Source: Nocardioidaceae bacterium
GTDB taxonomy: Bacteria > Actinomycetota > Actinomycetes > Propionibacteriales > Nocardioidaceae
Length of the DNA stretch: 33,324 nucleotides
Reading direction: 5' to 3'
NCBI GenBank assembly: GCA_013698435.1
Contig: JACCVA010000082.1
Location: forward strand, 1 to 33,324
Position numbers and translations under genes: made by a program. The notes under the pieces were generated by a model that ran no database searches, was not told the origin of the DNA, and saw only the letters and a program-made list of their open reading frames with translations. This document shows, piece after piece, positions 10,599 to 19,647 of this stretch (within the stretch, counting starts at the first letter, position 1; each line of letters opens with the position of its first letter).

Positions 10599-11921
10599 AT
10601 GATTCGCCGGATCGACCTACGGGGTGCCTGCACAGACGGCCAACCCCTCGACTACGGTGCGCTCCTCCCGCGGGCCGAGTTCGACGTGGCCAGCGCCATG
10701 GAGTACGTCCGCCCGATCTGTGAGGCGGTTCGGCAACACGGTCATGACGAGCTGGTGAGGCAGGCCGCCAGGTTCGACGGCGTCGAGATCGACCGGGTTC
10801 GCGTCCCTGCTGAGGCGTTGAGCGCCGCACTGGCGGAGCTCGAGGCGGACCTGCGCACCAGCCTCGAGGAGTCGATCGCCCGGTTGCGCCTCACCTGCGT
10901 CGCCGAGCTGCCGGCCGACGTCGTCACCGAGGTGAGCGCGGGCGCCCTCGTCACTCAGCGCAACGTGTCGGTGGGTCGGGTCGGGCTCTACGTGCCGGCG
11001 CAGACGGCACCGCTCGTCTCGTCTGTGCTGATGAACGTCGTGCCCGCTCAGGTCGCCGGCGTTGCCTCACTCGCGCTCGCGAGCCCGGCGCAGAAGGAGT
11101 ACGGCGGCCTCCCGCACCCGACGATCCTTGCTGCCTGCGCGCTGCTGGGCGTCGACGAGGTGTACGCCGCCGGTGGCGCGGCCGCCATCGCGATGTTCGC
11201 GTACGGGTACCGCCACGACGGCGACGTCTGTGCCCCTGTGGACCTCGTCACCGGTCCCGCGAACGTCTATGGCGTGGCCGCGAAACGGCTGCTGCGCGGC
11301 GTGGTCGGCATCGACTCCGAGGCGGGGCCGACCGAGATCGCCATCCTGGCCGACGCCAGCGCCGACCCGGCGTACATTGCAGCCGACCTCATCAGCCAGG
11401 CCGAGCACGACGTGCTCGCAGCCGCTGTCCTCGTCACCGACTCCCTGCAGCTGGCCGAGGCCGTGCTCGAGGCGCTCGACGTGCGTGTCGCGGCCACGAA
11501 GCACAGTGAACGTGTCACGGCGTCGCTTCGCGGTCGGCAGTCCGCGGTCGTCCTCGTCGACGACCTCGACCAGGGTGAGGTCGTCGTCAACGCGTACGCC
11601 GCCGAACACCTCGAGATCCACACCGTCGACGCGGCCGAGCGTGCGGCGCGGATCCGCAACGCCGGCGCCGTGTTCGTCGGCGCCTTCACACCGGTCGCGC
11701 TGGGTGACTACTGCGCCGGGTCCAACCATGTCTTGCCGACGGGCGGGTGCGCCTGCCACTCCTCGGGTCTGTCGGTGCGGGCGTTCCTCAAGACGGTGCA
11801 GGTCGTCGACTACTCGCAAGCGGCCCTCGACGACGTTGCCCGCGACGTGGTCACGCTCGCCGAGGCCGAGGACCTGCCCGCGCACGCGGACGCCATCTCG
11901 GTACGGCTGGAACCGCGATGA
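10599..11921 (+). CDS. hisD: Histidinol dehydrogenase
   Basis: Motifs ...[10 protein letters not shown]...SQAEHD...[15 protein letters not shown]... are present, at a full length of 440 aa. Confidence 0.95.
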   Translation: MIRRIDLRGACTDGQPLDYGALLPRAEFDVASAMEYVRPICEAVRQHGHDELVRQAARFDGVEIDRVRVPAEALSAALAELEADLRTSLEESIARLRLTCVAELPADVVTEVSAGALVTQRNVSVGRVGLYVPAQTAPLVSSVLMNVVPAQVAGVASLALASPAQKEYGGLPHPTILAACALLGVDEVYAAGGAAAIAMFAYGYRHDGDVCAPVDLVTGPANVYGVAAKRLLRGVVGIDSEAGPTEIAILADASADPAYIAADLISQAEHDVLAAAVLVTDSLQLAEAVLEALDVRVAATKHSERVTASLRGRQSAVVLVDDLDQGEVVVNAYAAEHLEIHTVDAAERAARIRNAGAVFVGAFTPVALGDYCAGSNHVLPTGGCACHSSGLSVRAFLKTVQVVDYSQAALDDVARDVVTLAEAEDLPAHADAISVRLEPR

Positions 11922-13033
11922 GCCGCGACGCGCTCCGGCTGCCGGTGCGCGCCGAGCTTGCCGCCGAGCGTCCTTACGGGGCGCCCCAGCTCGACGTGCC
12001 GGTGCTGCTCAACGTCAACGAGAACCCCTACCCACCGACCACGGAGGTGGTCGACGCGATGGCGGCGGCCGTTCGCGAGGTCGCCGTAGGGCTCAACCGC
12101 TATCCGGACCGCGACGCCACGGCGCTGCGACGGGACTTGGCCGACTATCTGGGCCACGGGCTGAGCGCCGACCAGGTCTGGGCGGCCAACGGTTCCAACG
12201 AGGTGATGGTGCAGGTGCTCCAGGCGTTCGGGGGACCGGGACGCACGGTGCTGACGTTCGGCCCGACGTACTCGATGTACCCGCAGTATGCCCGCGACAC
12301 CGCGACCCGCCTGGTGACGCTGCCACGCGAGGAAGACTTCACGGTCGCATCCGAGGCCGCGACGGCGGCGGTGGCTGCGGAACGGCCCCACGTCGTCGTA
12401 CTGGCCTCACCCAACAACCCCACCGGCGCGGCGCTGCCGCTGGAGACCATCGCGCGGATCTGCGACGTTACCCGCAACGCGCAGGCCGTGGTGGTCGTGG
12501 ATGAGGCGTACGCCGAGTTCAGGCGGGCGGGTACGCCGTCGGCGCTGTCCTTGCTCGCCGACTACCCGCACCTGGCGGTGACACGCACCATGTCCAAGGC
12601 GTTCGCACTTGCCGGCGGGCGGCTCGGATACCTGGCGTCCAGCCGCGAGTTCGTCGACGCGCTGCAGGTCGTCAGGCTGCCCTATCACCTGTCCAGCGTG
12701 ACGCAGGCGGTGGCGCGGGTGGCGCTGGCGCACCGCGACACGATGCTGGCCCGGGTCCAGGAGCTGCGAACCGAACGCGACGTGACCACCGGCTGGCTCC
12801 GCGAGCAGGGTCTGACGGTTGCCGACAGCGACGCCAACTTCGTGCTGTTCGGGAGGTTCGCCGACCGGCACCGGGTGTGGCAGGAGCTCGTGTGGCGAGG
12901 TGTGCTGATCCGCGAGACCGGACCGGACGGGTGGCTGCGGGTGTCGATCGGCAGCGCGGACGAGATGATGGCGTTCAAACGAGCCCTCGGCGAGGTGCTG
13001 CCGCAGGCGCAGAGGCTGCAGGAGGCAACCTGA
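11918..13033 (+). CDS. hisC: Histidinol-phosphate aminotransferase
   Basis: ATGA overlap with the hisD stop. [17 protein letters not shown]-type (SPNNPTG) and TMSKAF (PLP lysine) motifs are present. Confidence 0.95.
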   Translation: MSRDALRLPVRAELAAERPYGAPQLDVPVLLNVNENPYPPTTEVVDAMAAAVREVAVGLNRYPDRDATALRRDLADYLGHGLSADQVWAANGSNEVMVQVLQAFGGPGRTVLTFGPTYSMYPQYARDTATRLVTLPREEDFTVASEAATAAVAAERPHVVVLASPNNPTGAALPLETIARICDVTRNAQAVVVVDEAYAEFRRAGTPSALSLLADYPHLAVTRTMSKAFALAGGRLGYLASSREFVDALQVVRLPYHLSSVTQAVARVALAHRDTMLARVQELRTERDVTTGWLREQGLTVADSDANFVLFGRFADRHRVWQELVWRGVLIRETGPDGWLRVSIGSADEMMAFKRALGEVLPQAQRLQEAT

Positions 13034-13635
13034 TGTCACGAACGGCAAGGGTCGAGCGCGCCACCAAGGAGTCCAAGGTCGTCGTCGAGGTCGGCCTCGA
13101 CGGCAGCGGTCGCTCGGACGTCCACACGGGCGTGCCGTTCTACGACCACATGCTCACCGCCCTGTCGCGGCACTCGCTGATCGACCTCACCGTCCAGGCA
13201 GACGGTGACATCGATGTCGACAGCCACCACACCGTCGAAGACGTCGCGATCGCGCTCGGCGACGCCCTGCAGCAGGCCCTGGGCGACAAGTCAGGCATCC
13301 GCCGGTTCGGCGACGCGCTCGTCCCGCTCGACGAGGCGCTCGTGCAGTGTGCCGTGGACGTGTCCGGTCGCCCCTACTGCTCCCACACCGGAGAGCCGCA
13401 GGGGCAGGTCTACGCATCCATCGGCACTCCCGCCTACACGGGCTCGCTGACGCGGCACGTGTTCGAAACCCTCGCAGCGCACGCGTCGATCGCGCTGCAC
13501 GTGCGCGTGCTCGCCGGTCGCGACCCCCACCACCTGGTGGAGGCCCAGTTCAAGGCGCTGGCCCGGGCCCTGCGCGATGCGGTCGCCCTCGACCCGCGCG
13601 AGACGTCCGTGCCCAGCACGAAGGGTCGTCTGTGA
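13033..13635 (+). CDS. hisB: Imidazoleglycerol-phosphate dehydratase
   Basis: TGATG junction with his[24 protein letters not shown] and the C-terminal HH..E motifs are present. Confidence 0.95.
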   Translation: MSRTARVERATKESKVVVEVGLDGSGRSDVHTGVPFYDHMLTALSRHSLIDLTVQADGDIDVDSHHTVEDVAIALGDALQQALGDKSGIRRFGDALVPLDEALVQCAVDVSGRPYCSHTGEPQGQVYASIGTPAYTGSLTRHVFETLAAHASIALHVRVLAGRDPHHLVEAQFKALARALRDAVALDPRETSVPSTKGRL

Positions 13636-14264
13636 CCGCACGCGTCGTGCTGCTCGACTACGGGTCGGGCAACCTGCGGTCGGCCGAGCGTGCGCTCACC
13701 CGGGCCGGCGCGGACGTCACGGTCACGTCGGACCAGGCCGAAGCGTTGGCCGCCGACGGCCTCGTCGTACCCGGCGTCGGGGCTTTCGCCGCGTGCATGC
13801 AGAGCTTGCGGGCATGTCGCGGCCCGGAGACGATCGGTCGCCGGCTCGCAGGCGGCCGGCCGGTTCTCGGGATCTGCGTAGGGCACCAGGTGATGTTCGA
13901 GCGCGGGGTGGAGCACAGCGTCCCGACCGACGGTTGCGGCGAATGGCCCGGCACGGTGGAGCGTCTCGAGACCACGGTCCTCCCGCACATCGGCTGGAAC
14001 ACCGTGGACGCAGCGGACGGCTCGCAGCTGTTCGCCGGCGTGGGGGACGAGCGCTTCTACTTCGTGCACTCCTACGCCGTCCGACGCTGGCAGCTCGTCA
14101 CCGAGGGCCGCACCCGGCCGCCGCTCGTGTCGTGGACGACGCACGAGTCCGACCGGTTCGTCGCGGCCGTCGAGAACGGACCGTTGTGGGCGACACAGTT
14201 CCACCCGGAAAAGTCCGGAGATGCTGGAGCCGAAGTGCTGCGCAACTGGGTCCAACAGTTATGA
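13632..14264 (+). CDS. hisH: Imidazole glycerol phosphate synthase, glutaminase subunit
   Basis: GTGA overlap with hisB. DYGSGNL, PGVGAF, GICVGHQ (nucleophile Cys) and FHPEKS motifs are present. Confidence 0.93.
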   Translation: MTARVVLLDYGSGNLRSAERALTRAGADVTVTSDQAEALAADGLVVPGVGAFAACMQSLRACRGPETIGRRLAGGRPVLGICVGHQVMFERGVEHSVPTDGCGEWPGTVERLETTVLPHIGWNTVDAADGSQLFAGVGDERFYFVHSYAVRRWQLVTEGRTRPPLVSWTTHESDRFVAAVENGPLWATQFHPEKSGDAGAEVLRNWVQQL

Positions 14265-14794
14265 ACACGGCCGTGAAAGAGAATGCAGGCGCGAACCTCA
14301 CCGTCCGGATGATCACCGCTCTTGGGTGCGTCCTGACGCTTGCCGGATGTGCCGGACAAGACGACCTCGGCTCGGACACCCGTGTCGCCGGCGAGACGAC
14401 AAGCACAGGCACCGGTAGTCAGCAGTCCGAGACGACGCCGACGTCAGGTGGCACCGCCACGACGCCACCTGACACGACCGCAGGCAAGAAGGCGACATCG
14501 GTCACGATCCGTATCACCGGGGGTCTTCGTGGGGACGACCAGCGCAGGGTGTACGCCGAGGGTGCTCCACCTCCACCGCGCCACACCCGCGCGGACATCG
14601 CCCAGATGCTCGAGGCGGCGTCAGCTCCGGAGCTGATCGCTGTCAAGCTGACCAAGGTGCCGCCGCAGTCCTGCTGTGACAAGCAGACGTATGTCGTGAC
14701 CGTGCGCTACGACGACGCGAGCCAGCGCACCTACACCTCTCTCGACGGGCTCGAGCAGCCGAGGGTCTTCGAGAAGTTTCTGGGGATGCTATGA
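14261..14794 (+). CDS. Lipoprotein of unknown function embedded in the his operon
   Basis: ATGA overlap with the hisH stop. The signal peptide carries the lipobox LTLAG|C (Cys30), followed by a Thr/Ser/Gly/Pro linker and a ~100-aa C-terminal domain ([14 protein letters not shown]...[16 protein letters not shown]...). Confidence 0.7.
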   Translation: MNTAVKENAGANLTVRMITALGCVLTLAGCAGQDDLGSDTRVAGETTSTGTGSQQSETTPTSGGTATTPPDTTAGKKATSVTIRITGGLRGDDQRRVYAEGAPPPPRHTRADIAQMLEAASAPELIAVKLTKVPPQSCCDKQTYVVTVRYDDASQRTYTSLDGLEQPRVFEKFLGML

Positions 14795-14835
14795 CGCCCA
14801 AGCGCCGCAAATGTTCGCGGCTCGATGTGCGGTGA
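14791..14835 (+). CDS. Candidate 14-codon bridging ORF ([14 protein letters not shown])
   Basis: Its ATG overlaps the lipoprotein stop (ATGA). Its TGA overlaps an in-frame GTG of the next gene (GTGA). Codon third positions here look more G/C-rich than in the competing frame. Confidence 0.2.
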   Translation: MTPKRRKCSRLDVR

Positions 14836-15155
14836 GCAAGGAACGAGCCCGCCGACGCGCCGCGCGCGAGGCGGACTCCGCCCGCAAGGCTGAGGAACGT
14901 GCGCGTCAGCAGGCCGCCACGAGTCGGCGGCAGGCGCGTCGAACCCAGCTGGCCAAGGTCGTGCCCTCGCGGCGACAGCCAGGTGGTGCCGGGCTGCTCG
15001 CTGCCAAGCGGCGACGCACGTTGGGCCTGGTTCTGTTCGCGTTCTTCGTCGTGCAGTTCCTCACCTGGGTGTCGACGCCCGACTGGGGTCTGCGCGGTGC
15101 AGTGCTGCTCGTCAGTGTCTTCGCGTTTCCGCTGCTGGCCGTGCTGCTGACCTGA
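14811..15155 (+). CDS. Small Arg-rich protein with two C-terminal TM segments, unknown function
   Basis: The basic helical N-terminus (SKERARRRAAREADSARKAEERARQQAATSRRQARR) is followed by LGLVLFAFFVVQFLTWV and AVLLVSVFAFPLLAVLL. The start is ATG 14811 or GTG 14832. Confidence 0.55.
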   Translation: MFAARCAVSKERARRRAAREADSARKAEERARQQAATSRRQARRTQLAKVVPSRRQPGGAGLLAAKRRRTLGLVLFAFFVVQFLTWVSTPDWGLRGAVLLVSVFAFPLLAVLLT

Positions 15156-15177
15156 CTGCGCCTGCTGCGCCGTCGTC

Positions 15178-15924
15178 CTAGGTGTCCCGGGGCGAGGCTG
15201 CCAGGCCGGCGGGGACGGTGGCCAGGTAGACCGTGTTGGTCGCCTGGCGCCCCTGGAGCGGGTTGGGGAAGGTGACGACCTCTGCCCTCACGTCCAGCAG
15301 GACCTCCGCAAGCACCCGCTGGTAGTCCACATCCGGCGGGTCGTTGGACCACAAGGCGAACGTGCCGCCCGGGTGAAGGTGACGGGCCAGACGGAGCGTG
15401 CCAGCCGCTGTGTAGAAGCCGGCGTGACTGGGATGGAGCAGGTGCCGTGGGGAGTGGTCGATGTCGACGATGACGGCATGGAAGCGTCGACCGGGCGTCT
15501 TCGGATCGAGACCCGGAATGCCGGAGACCATTGCGAAGAAGTCGGCGTGAACCAGTTGGCACCGGGGGTCCGACGTCAACGTGGCCGCAGCGGGGACCAG
15601 CATGCTCCGGTGCCACTCGATGACCTCCCCGAGTGCCTCGACAACCAGCAACGAACCGACCCTTCGGTCCTCGAGCACCGCCTGCGCCGTGTAGCCGAGG
15701 CCCAGCCCGCCGACGGCCACGTCCAGATCGGCTCCCGGGAGGCCGGCCAGCGCCAGCCGCGCGACCTCCACCTCGGCCACGGTGAACAGGCTGGACATCA
15801 GGTAGTCGTCATCGAGCTTGACCTCATAGACGTCCTGTCCGGACGCGGCATCGCGTCGACGCCGCAGGCTGATGGCACCTAAGGGCGTCTGCCGCCAGTC
15901 GAGCTCTTCCAGGCGAACTCGCAC
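15178..15924 (-). CDS. Spermidine/spermine synthase-like SAM-dependent methyltransferase-fold protein
   Basis: [16 protein letters not shown] is a Gly-rich nucleotide loop. ...[11 protein letters not shown]... and the C-terminal GGTFALWSN are typical of the spermidine-synthase-like family. GGAGAG lies 5 nt before GTG 15924. Confidence 0.7.
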   Translation of the reverse strand: MRVRLEELDWRQTPLGAISLRRRRDAASGQDVYEVKLDDDYLMSSLFTVAEVEVARLALAGLPGADLDVAVGGLGLGYTAQAVLEDRRVGSLLVVEALGEVIEWHRSMLVPAAATLTSDPRCQLVHADFFAMVSGIPGLDPKTPGRRFHAVIVDIDHSPRHLLHPSHAGFYTAAGTLRLARHLHPGGTFALWSNDPPDVDYQRVLAEVLLDVRAEVVTFPNPLQGRQATNTVYLATVPAGLAASPRDT

Positions 15925-16013
15925 GCGTCTCTCCGCTCTCGAACTGCCTCGGTCCTCATATCATGCCCGGCTTCCGAGTGCTGGGCGTCGTGTCCGCCGG
16001 ACGCGGCGATCCG

Positions 16014-16019
16014 TAGGGT
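16014..16019 (+). promoter_or_regulatory. Candidate -10 hexamer (TAGGGT) for a leaderless priA-hisF-hisI transcript
   Basis: It matches TANNNT, 7 nt upstream of ATG 16027, with no SD. It lies in the divergent intergenic region with the minus-strand methyltransferase gene. Confidence 0.35.
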
Positions 16020-16026
16020 TGCGGCC

Positions 16027-16773
16027 ATGACGCCGCTCGAGCTGTTGCCCGCTGTCGACGTGTCCGAGGGCAAAGCCGTCCAGCTGGTTCAAGGCGTCGC
16101 CGGCACCGAACGGGTCTTCGGCGACCCGGTGGAGGCGGCGCTGAGGTGGCAGTCGGCCGGCGCAACCTGGGTACACCTGGTCGACCTCGATGCCGCATTC
16201 GGGCGCGGCCAGAACCGCGACCTGCTCGCCGAGGTCGTCCGCGCCCTCGACATCGACGTAGAGATGTCGGGAGGGATCCGCGACGACGCGAGCCTCGAGT
16301 CGGCACTGGGCACCGGCTGCCGGCGAGTCAACATCGGTACGGCGGCGCTGGAGGACACGGCGTGGTGCGCCCGCGTCATCGGCGACCACGGGGACCGGGT
16401 GGCGATCGGCCTCGACGTGCGTGGCACCACGCTCGCTGCCCGCGGCTGGACGCGTGACGGCGGCCAGCTCTACGACGTCATCGCGAGGCTCGAGGCCGAC
16501 GGCTGTGCGCGCTACGTGGTGACCGACGTGAACCGCGACGGCACGCTGCAGGGCCCGAACCTCGCACTGCTGGGCGACGTGTGCAGCCGCACCCGGGCAC
16601 CGGTGGTGGCCTCCGGTGGGGTCTCCACGATCGACGACCTGGTGGCGATCGCCGGCCTGGTCGACGCCGGCGTCGAGGGAGCGATCATCGGCACCGCGCT
16701 TTACACGGACGCGTTCACGCTCGAGGACGCGCTGACCGCTGTCGCAGCAGCCCAGCCAGGGTCGGATCGGTGA
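16027..16773 (+). CDS. priA: Phosphoribosyl isomerase A (bifunctional HisA/TrpF of Actinobacteria)
   Basis: [20 protein letters not shown]...[14 protein letters not shown]...SGGIRDD...[14 protein letters not shown]...ASGGVS is closely similar to mycobacterial and streptomycete PriA as I recall them. No trpF is present in the adjacent trp cluster. Confidence 0.9.
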   Translation: MTPLELLPAVDVSEGKAVQLVQGVAGTERVFGDPVEAALRWQSAGATWVHLVDLDAAFGRGQNRDLLAEVVRALDIDVEMSGGIRDDASLESALGTGCRRVNIGTAALEDTAWCARVIGDHGDRVAIGLDVRGTTLAARGWTRDGGQLYDVIARLEADGCARYVVTDVNRDGTLQGPNLALLGDVCSRTRAPVVASGGVSTIDDLVAIAGLVDAGVEGAIIGTALYTDAFTLEDALTAVAAAQPGSDR

Positions 16774-17531
16774 CGGTCGCCATCCGCGTCATCGCCTGTC
16801 TCGACGTCGACGACGGTCGAGTCGTCAAGGGCGTCAACTTCGAGGGCATGCGCGACGTCGGCGACCCGGTCGACCTCGCCAGACGCTACGACGTCGAAGG
16901 TGTGGACGAGCTCACTTTCCTGGACATCACCGCGTCGAGCGACCGGCGTGAGACCGTCCTCGACGTCGTCCGGCGCACCGCCGAGCAGGTGTTCATCCCG
17001 CTCACCGTCGGCGGTGGCGTGCGCAGTGTCGCTGATGTCGACACCCTGCTACGGGCGGGTGCCGACAAGGTGGCCGTCAACACCGCCGCCGTCGAGCGGC
17101 CCGAGCTGATCGCCGAGATCGCGAACCGCTTCGGCAGCCAGGTGCTGGTCCTGAGCGTGGACGCTCGCCGCGAGCACGGACCACCCTCGGGCTTCGAGGT
17201 CACGACCCACGGCGGCCGCGCCCGCACGGGCATCGACGCCGTCGGCTGGGCACATCGAGGCGTCGACCACGGTGTCGGTGAGATCCTCCTGAACGCAATG
17301 GACGCCGACGGAACCCAGCACGGATTCGACATCGAGCTGATCGAGGCCGTGCGGCGGGAGGTCACCGTCCCGTTGGTTGCCAGCGGCGGGGCAGGCGGGC
17401 CCGCGCACTTCACTGCCGCGGTCACCGCCGGTGCGGACGCCGTCCTCGCCGCCAGCGTCTTCCATTTCGGTCACGTGTCGATCAGCGAGGTGAAGTCACG
17501 GCTGGCAGCAGCGGGCCATCCGGTCCGCTGA
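16770..17531 (+). CDS. hisF: Imidazole glycerol phosphate synthase, cyclase subunit
   Basis: GTGA overlap with pri[23 protein letters not shown] and ASGGAG motifs are present. Confidence 0.95.
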   Translation: MTVAIRVIACLDVDDGRVVKGVNFEGMRDVGDPVDLARRYDVEGVDELTFLDITASSDRRETVLDVVRRTAEQVFIPLTVGGGVRSVADVDTLLRAGADKVAVNTAAVERPELIAEIANRFGSQVLVLSVDARREHGPPSGFEVTTHGGRARTGIDAVGWAHRGVDHGVGEILLNAMDADGTQHGFDIELIEAVRREVTVPLVASGGAGGPAHFTAAVTAGADAVLAASVFHFGHVSISEVKSRLAAAGHPVR

Positions 17532-17585
17532 CTCACGCTCAGGCGCTGACCCGCTCGGCCTGCAGCTTCTCCCGGGCGATGCGGG

Positions 17586-17951
17586 GTGCGCGACAATGAC
17601 GTGGTGCCCCTACCCACGTCACGCAGGCTCGACTCCACCACGCTCGACACCGTCACCTACGACGATCACGGTCTGGTGCCCGCGGTGGTGCAAGAGACCA
17701 CCAGCCGCGATGTCTTGATGCTGGCATGGATGGACGCCGAGGCGCTGCGGCGCACGCTCGAGACGCACCGGGCGACGTACTGGAGCCGCAGTCGGCAGTC
17801 CCACTGGGTCAAGGGCGAGACCTCCGGCAACACCCAGCACGTGCGTGATGTCTTGTTGGACTGTGACGGCGATACCGTGCTGCTGCTGGTCGACCAGACC
17901 GGCCCTGCCTGCCACACCGGTGCGCTCACCTGCTTCACCGTCTCGCCGTGA
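17586..17951 (+). CDS. hisI: Phosphoribosyl-AMP cyclohydrolase
   Basis: GLVPAVVQE...MLAWMD...YWSRSR...WVKGETSG...DCDGD...GPACHTG motifs are present. The start is uncertain (GTG 17586, 17601 or 17604). Confidence 0.9.
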   Translation: MRDNDVVPLPTSRRLDSTTLDTVTYDDHGLVPAVVQETTSRDVLMLAWMDAEALRRTLETHRATYWSRSRQSHWVKGETSGNTQHVRDVLLDCDGDTVLLLVDQTGPACHTGALTCFTVSP

Positions 17952-18003
17952 ACCTCGAGGACCACCACCTCCACTCGCCGCCTTACCCGGTGACAATGGA
18001 GGC

Positions 18004-18603
18004 GTGAGCTCCCCTTCCCGTCGCATCCGGTATGGACCGACGCTCGTCGTCGGGCTGGGAGCAGCAACCGCAGCGACCGTGGCCGTCTCGCGCCCCTGGG
18101 TGGAGGCGTCGGTCCACCAGCGTGGCGTCCCCACCATCGAGGCGAGCGCCAGCGGCGCCGACATCGTCCCACTGGCCGGGGCTCTCGGTGTCGTCGTGCT
18201 CGCCGCGTTCGGCGCCGTCGTCGCGACGCGCGGCCTCGTGAGGCGAGCGCTGGGCGTGCTCATCATGGTCGCGGCGGCCAGCATCGTGGCTGCCGCGCTC
18301 AGCACCGGCTCCGCGGGGTCACAGCTGGAGGCGGAGCTGACCGCGAAGGGATGGTCAGGCGGCTCCTACAGCACAGCCGACCAGCCCTGGCGCTGGGTGG
18401 CACTCGCCGCAGCGGTCCTCTGCGTCGTCGCCGGAGCGGCCGTGGCGGCGTACGGTCCCGGCTGGGCGACCATGGGTCCGCGCTACGACGCGCCGACCAC
18501 CGCCGCCGAGTCGCCGGAGCCGGCACGGGGGGCGGAGGAGATGAGCGAGGCGGACGTCTGGCGTGAGATCGACCGCGGCCGCGACCCCACGCAGTCGCCG
18601 TGA
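18004..18603 (+). CDS. Trp biosynthesis-associated membrane protein
   Basis: It has four hydrophobic segments, sits immediately upstream of trpC as in other actinobacteria (the M. tuberculosis Rv1610 position), and has a typical RRxxYGP N-terminus. The GTG 18004 start is tentative because the GGAGG is only 1 nt away. Confidence 0.7.
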   Translation: MSSPSRRIRYGPTLVVGLGAATAATVAVSRPWVEASVHQRGVPTIEASASGADIVPLAGALGVVVLAAFGAVVATRGLVRRALGVLIMVAAASIVAAALSTGSAGSQLEAELTAKGWSGGSYSTADQPWRWVALAAAVLCVVAGAAVAAYGPGWATMGPRYDAPTTAAESPEPARGAEEMSEADVWREIDRGRDPTQSP

Positions 18604-18646
18604 CCGCGGCAGGTCACAATAAGGACCGACGAGAGGAGCCCGCCGG

Positions 18647-18832
18647 ATGGCCCACCATGGATCCAGTCCCGCAGCCTGGACGGCAGTCACGATCTGTCTG
18701 CTCGGCTTCTGTGTCGGGGCGGTCGGTCTCGTGATCGACAACTGGGTGACGTTCTGGGTCGGAGCCGCGCTCATCCTCGTCTCGGCCATCGTCGGGAAGA
18801 TCATGCTGGCGATGGGGCTGGGTGGACGGTAG
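18647..18832 (+). CDS. HGxxPAAW family small membrane protein
   Basis: [14 protein letters not shown]... matches the HGxxPAAW signature and is followed by two TM segments. GAGGAG lies 8 nt before the ATG. The stop overlaps the trpC start. Confidence 0.75.
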   Translation: MAHHGSSPAAWTAVTICLLGFCVGAVGLVIDNWVTFWVGAALILVSAIVGKIMLAMGLGGR

Positions 18833-19641
18833 TGAGATCCGTCCTCGACGAGATCATGGTCGGTGTCCGCGAGGATCTCGCCACCCGGCAGTCCGTCGTC
18901 AGCATCGATGACCTGAAGGAAGCCGCCTCGCGGCGCGACCCGGCCATCGACCCGATGCCCCGCTTCCGCGGCGAGGGGGTGTCGGTCATTGCCGAGGTGA
19001 AGCGTTCCAGCCCCAGCAAGGGCGCCCTCGCTCCGATCGCCGACCCTGCCGCACTTGCGGCGGAGTACGAGTCCGGAGGGGCAGCGACGATCAGTGTCCT
19101 CACCGAGGGACGCCGCTTCGGGGGAACGCTCGACGACCTGCGCGCCGTCCGCTCCGCGGTCGACATCCCGGTGCTGCGCAAGGACTTCATCGCGACCAGC
19201 TACCAGCTGTGGGAGGCGCGGGCGGCCGGGGCCGATCTCGCCCTGCTGATCGTGGCAGCCCTCGACGACAACGAGCTCGGCTGTCTGGTCGACCGCGCGA
19301 GGTCGATCGGGCTCACCCCGCTCGTCGAGGTGCACGACGAGCCCGAGGTCATCCGGGCGCTGAGCGCCGGCGCGGACCTCGTCGGCGTCAACGCCCGCAA
19401 CCTCAACACGCTCGAGGTGGACCGTGGCACGTTCGCGCGGCTCGCCCCACTGCTGCCCGCCAACGTCGTGCGGGTAGCGGAGTCGGGCGTCAGGGGACCG
19501 CACGACGTCCTCGAGTACGCCCAGCTCGGCGCGGACGTCGTGCTGGTGGGCGAGGCCCTGGTGACCGGCAAGGATCCACGCACCACGGTCGCCGACCTGG
19601 TCGCTGCCGGGGCGCACCCGGCGCTCAGACAAAGGCGCTGA
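18832..19641 (+). CDS. trpC: Indole-3-glycerol phosphate synthase
   Basis: [21 protein letters not shown] and GVNARNL motifs are present. The GTG start shares one base with the preceding TAG. Confidence 0.93.
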   Translation: MRSVLDEIMVGVREDLATRQSVVSIDDLKEAASRRDPAIDPMPRFRGEGVSVIAEVKRSSPSKGALAPIADPAALAAEYESGGAATISVLTEGRRFGGTLDDLRAVRSAVDIPVLRKDFIATSYQLWEARAAGADLALLIVAALDDNELGCLVDRARSIGLTPLVEVHDEPEVIRALSAGADLVGVNARNLNTLEVDRGTFARLAPLLPANVVRVAESGVRGPHDVLEYAQLGADVVLVGEALVTGKDPRTTVADLVAAGAHPALRQRR

Positions 19642-19647
19642 ACTGCG

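Noticed and set aside
11062-12504. A 480-aa plus-strand ORF spanning hisD and hisC out of frame.
   Set aside because: It overlaps two genes with hallmark motifs. The product is Arg/Pro/Ser/Thr-rich low complexity, which marks it as a frame-shadow ORF.
17539-17652. A minus-strand open stretch in the hisF-hisI spacer whose end reads ...[15 protein letters not shown] with fully G/C third positions, resembling the C-terminus of a lost gene.
   Set aside because: It is only about 36 codons between stops, has no convincing start, overlaps the hisI start region, and has no recognisable homology. It is most likely a chance product of composition.
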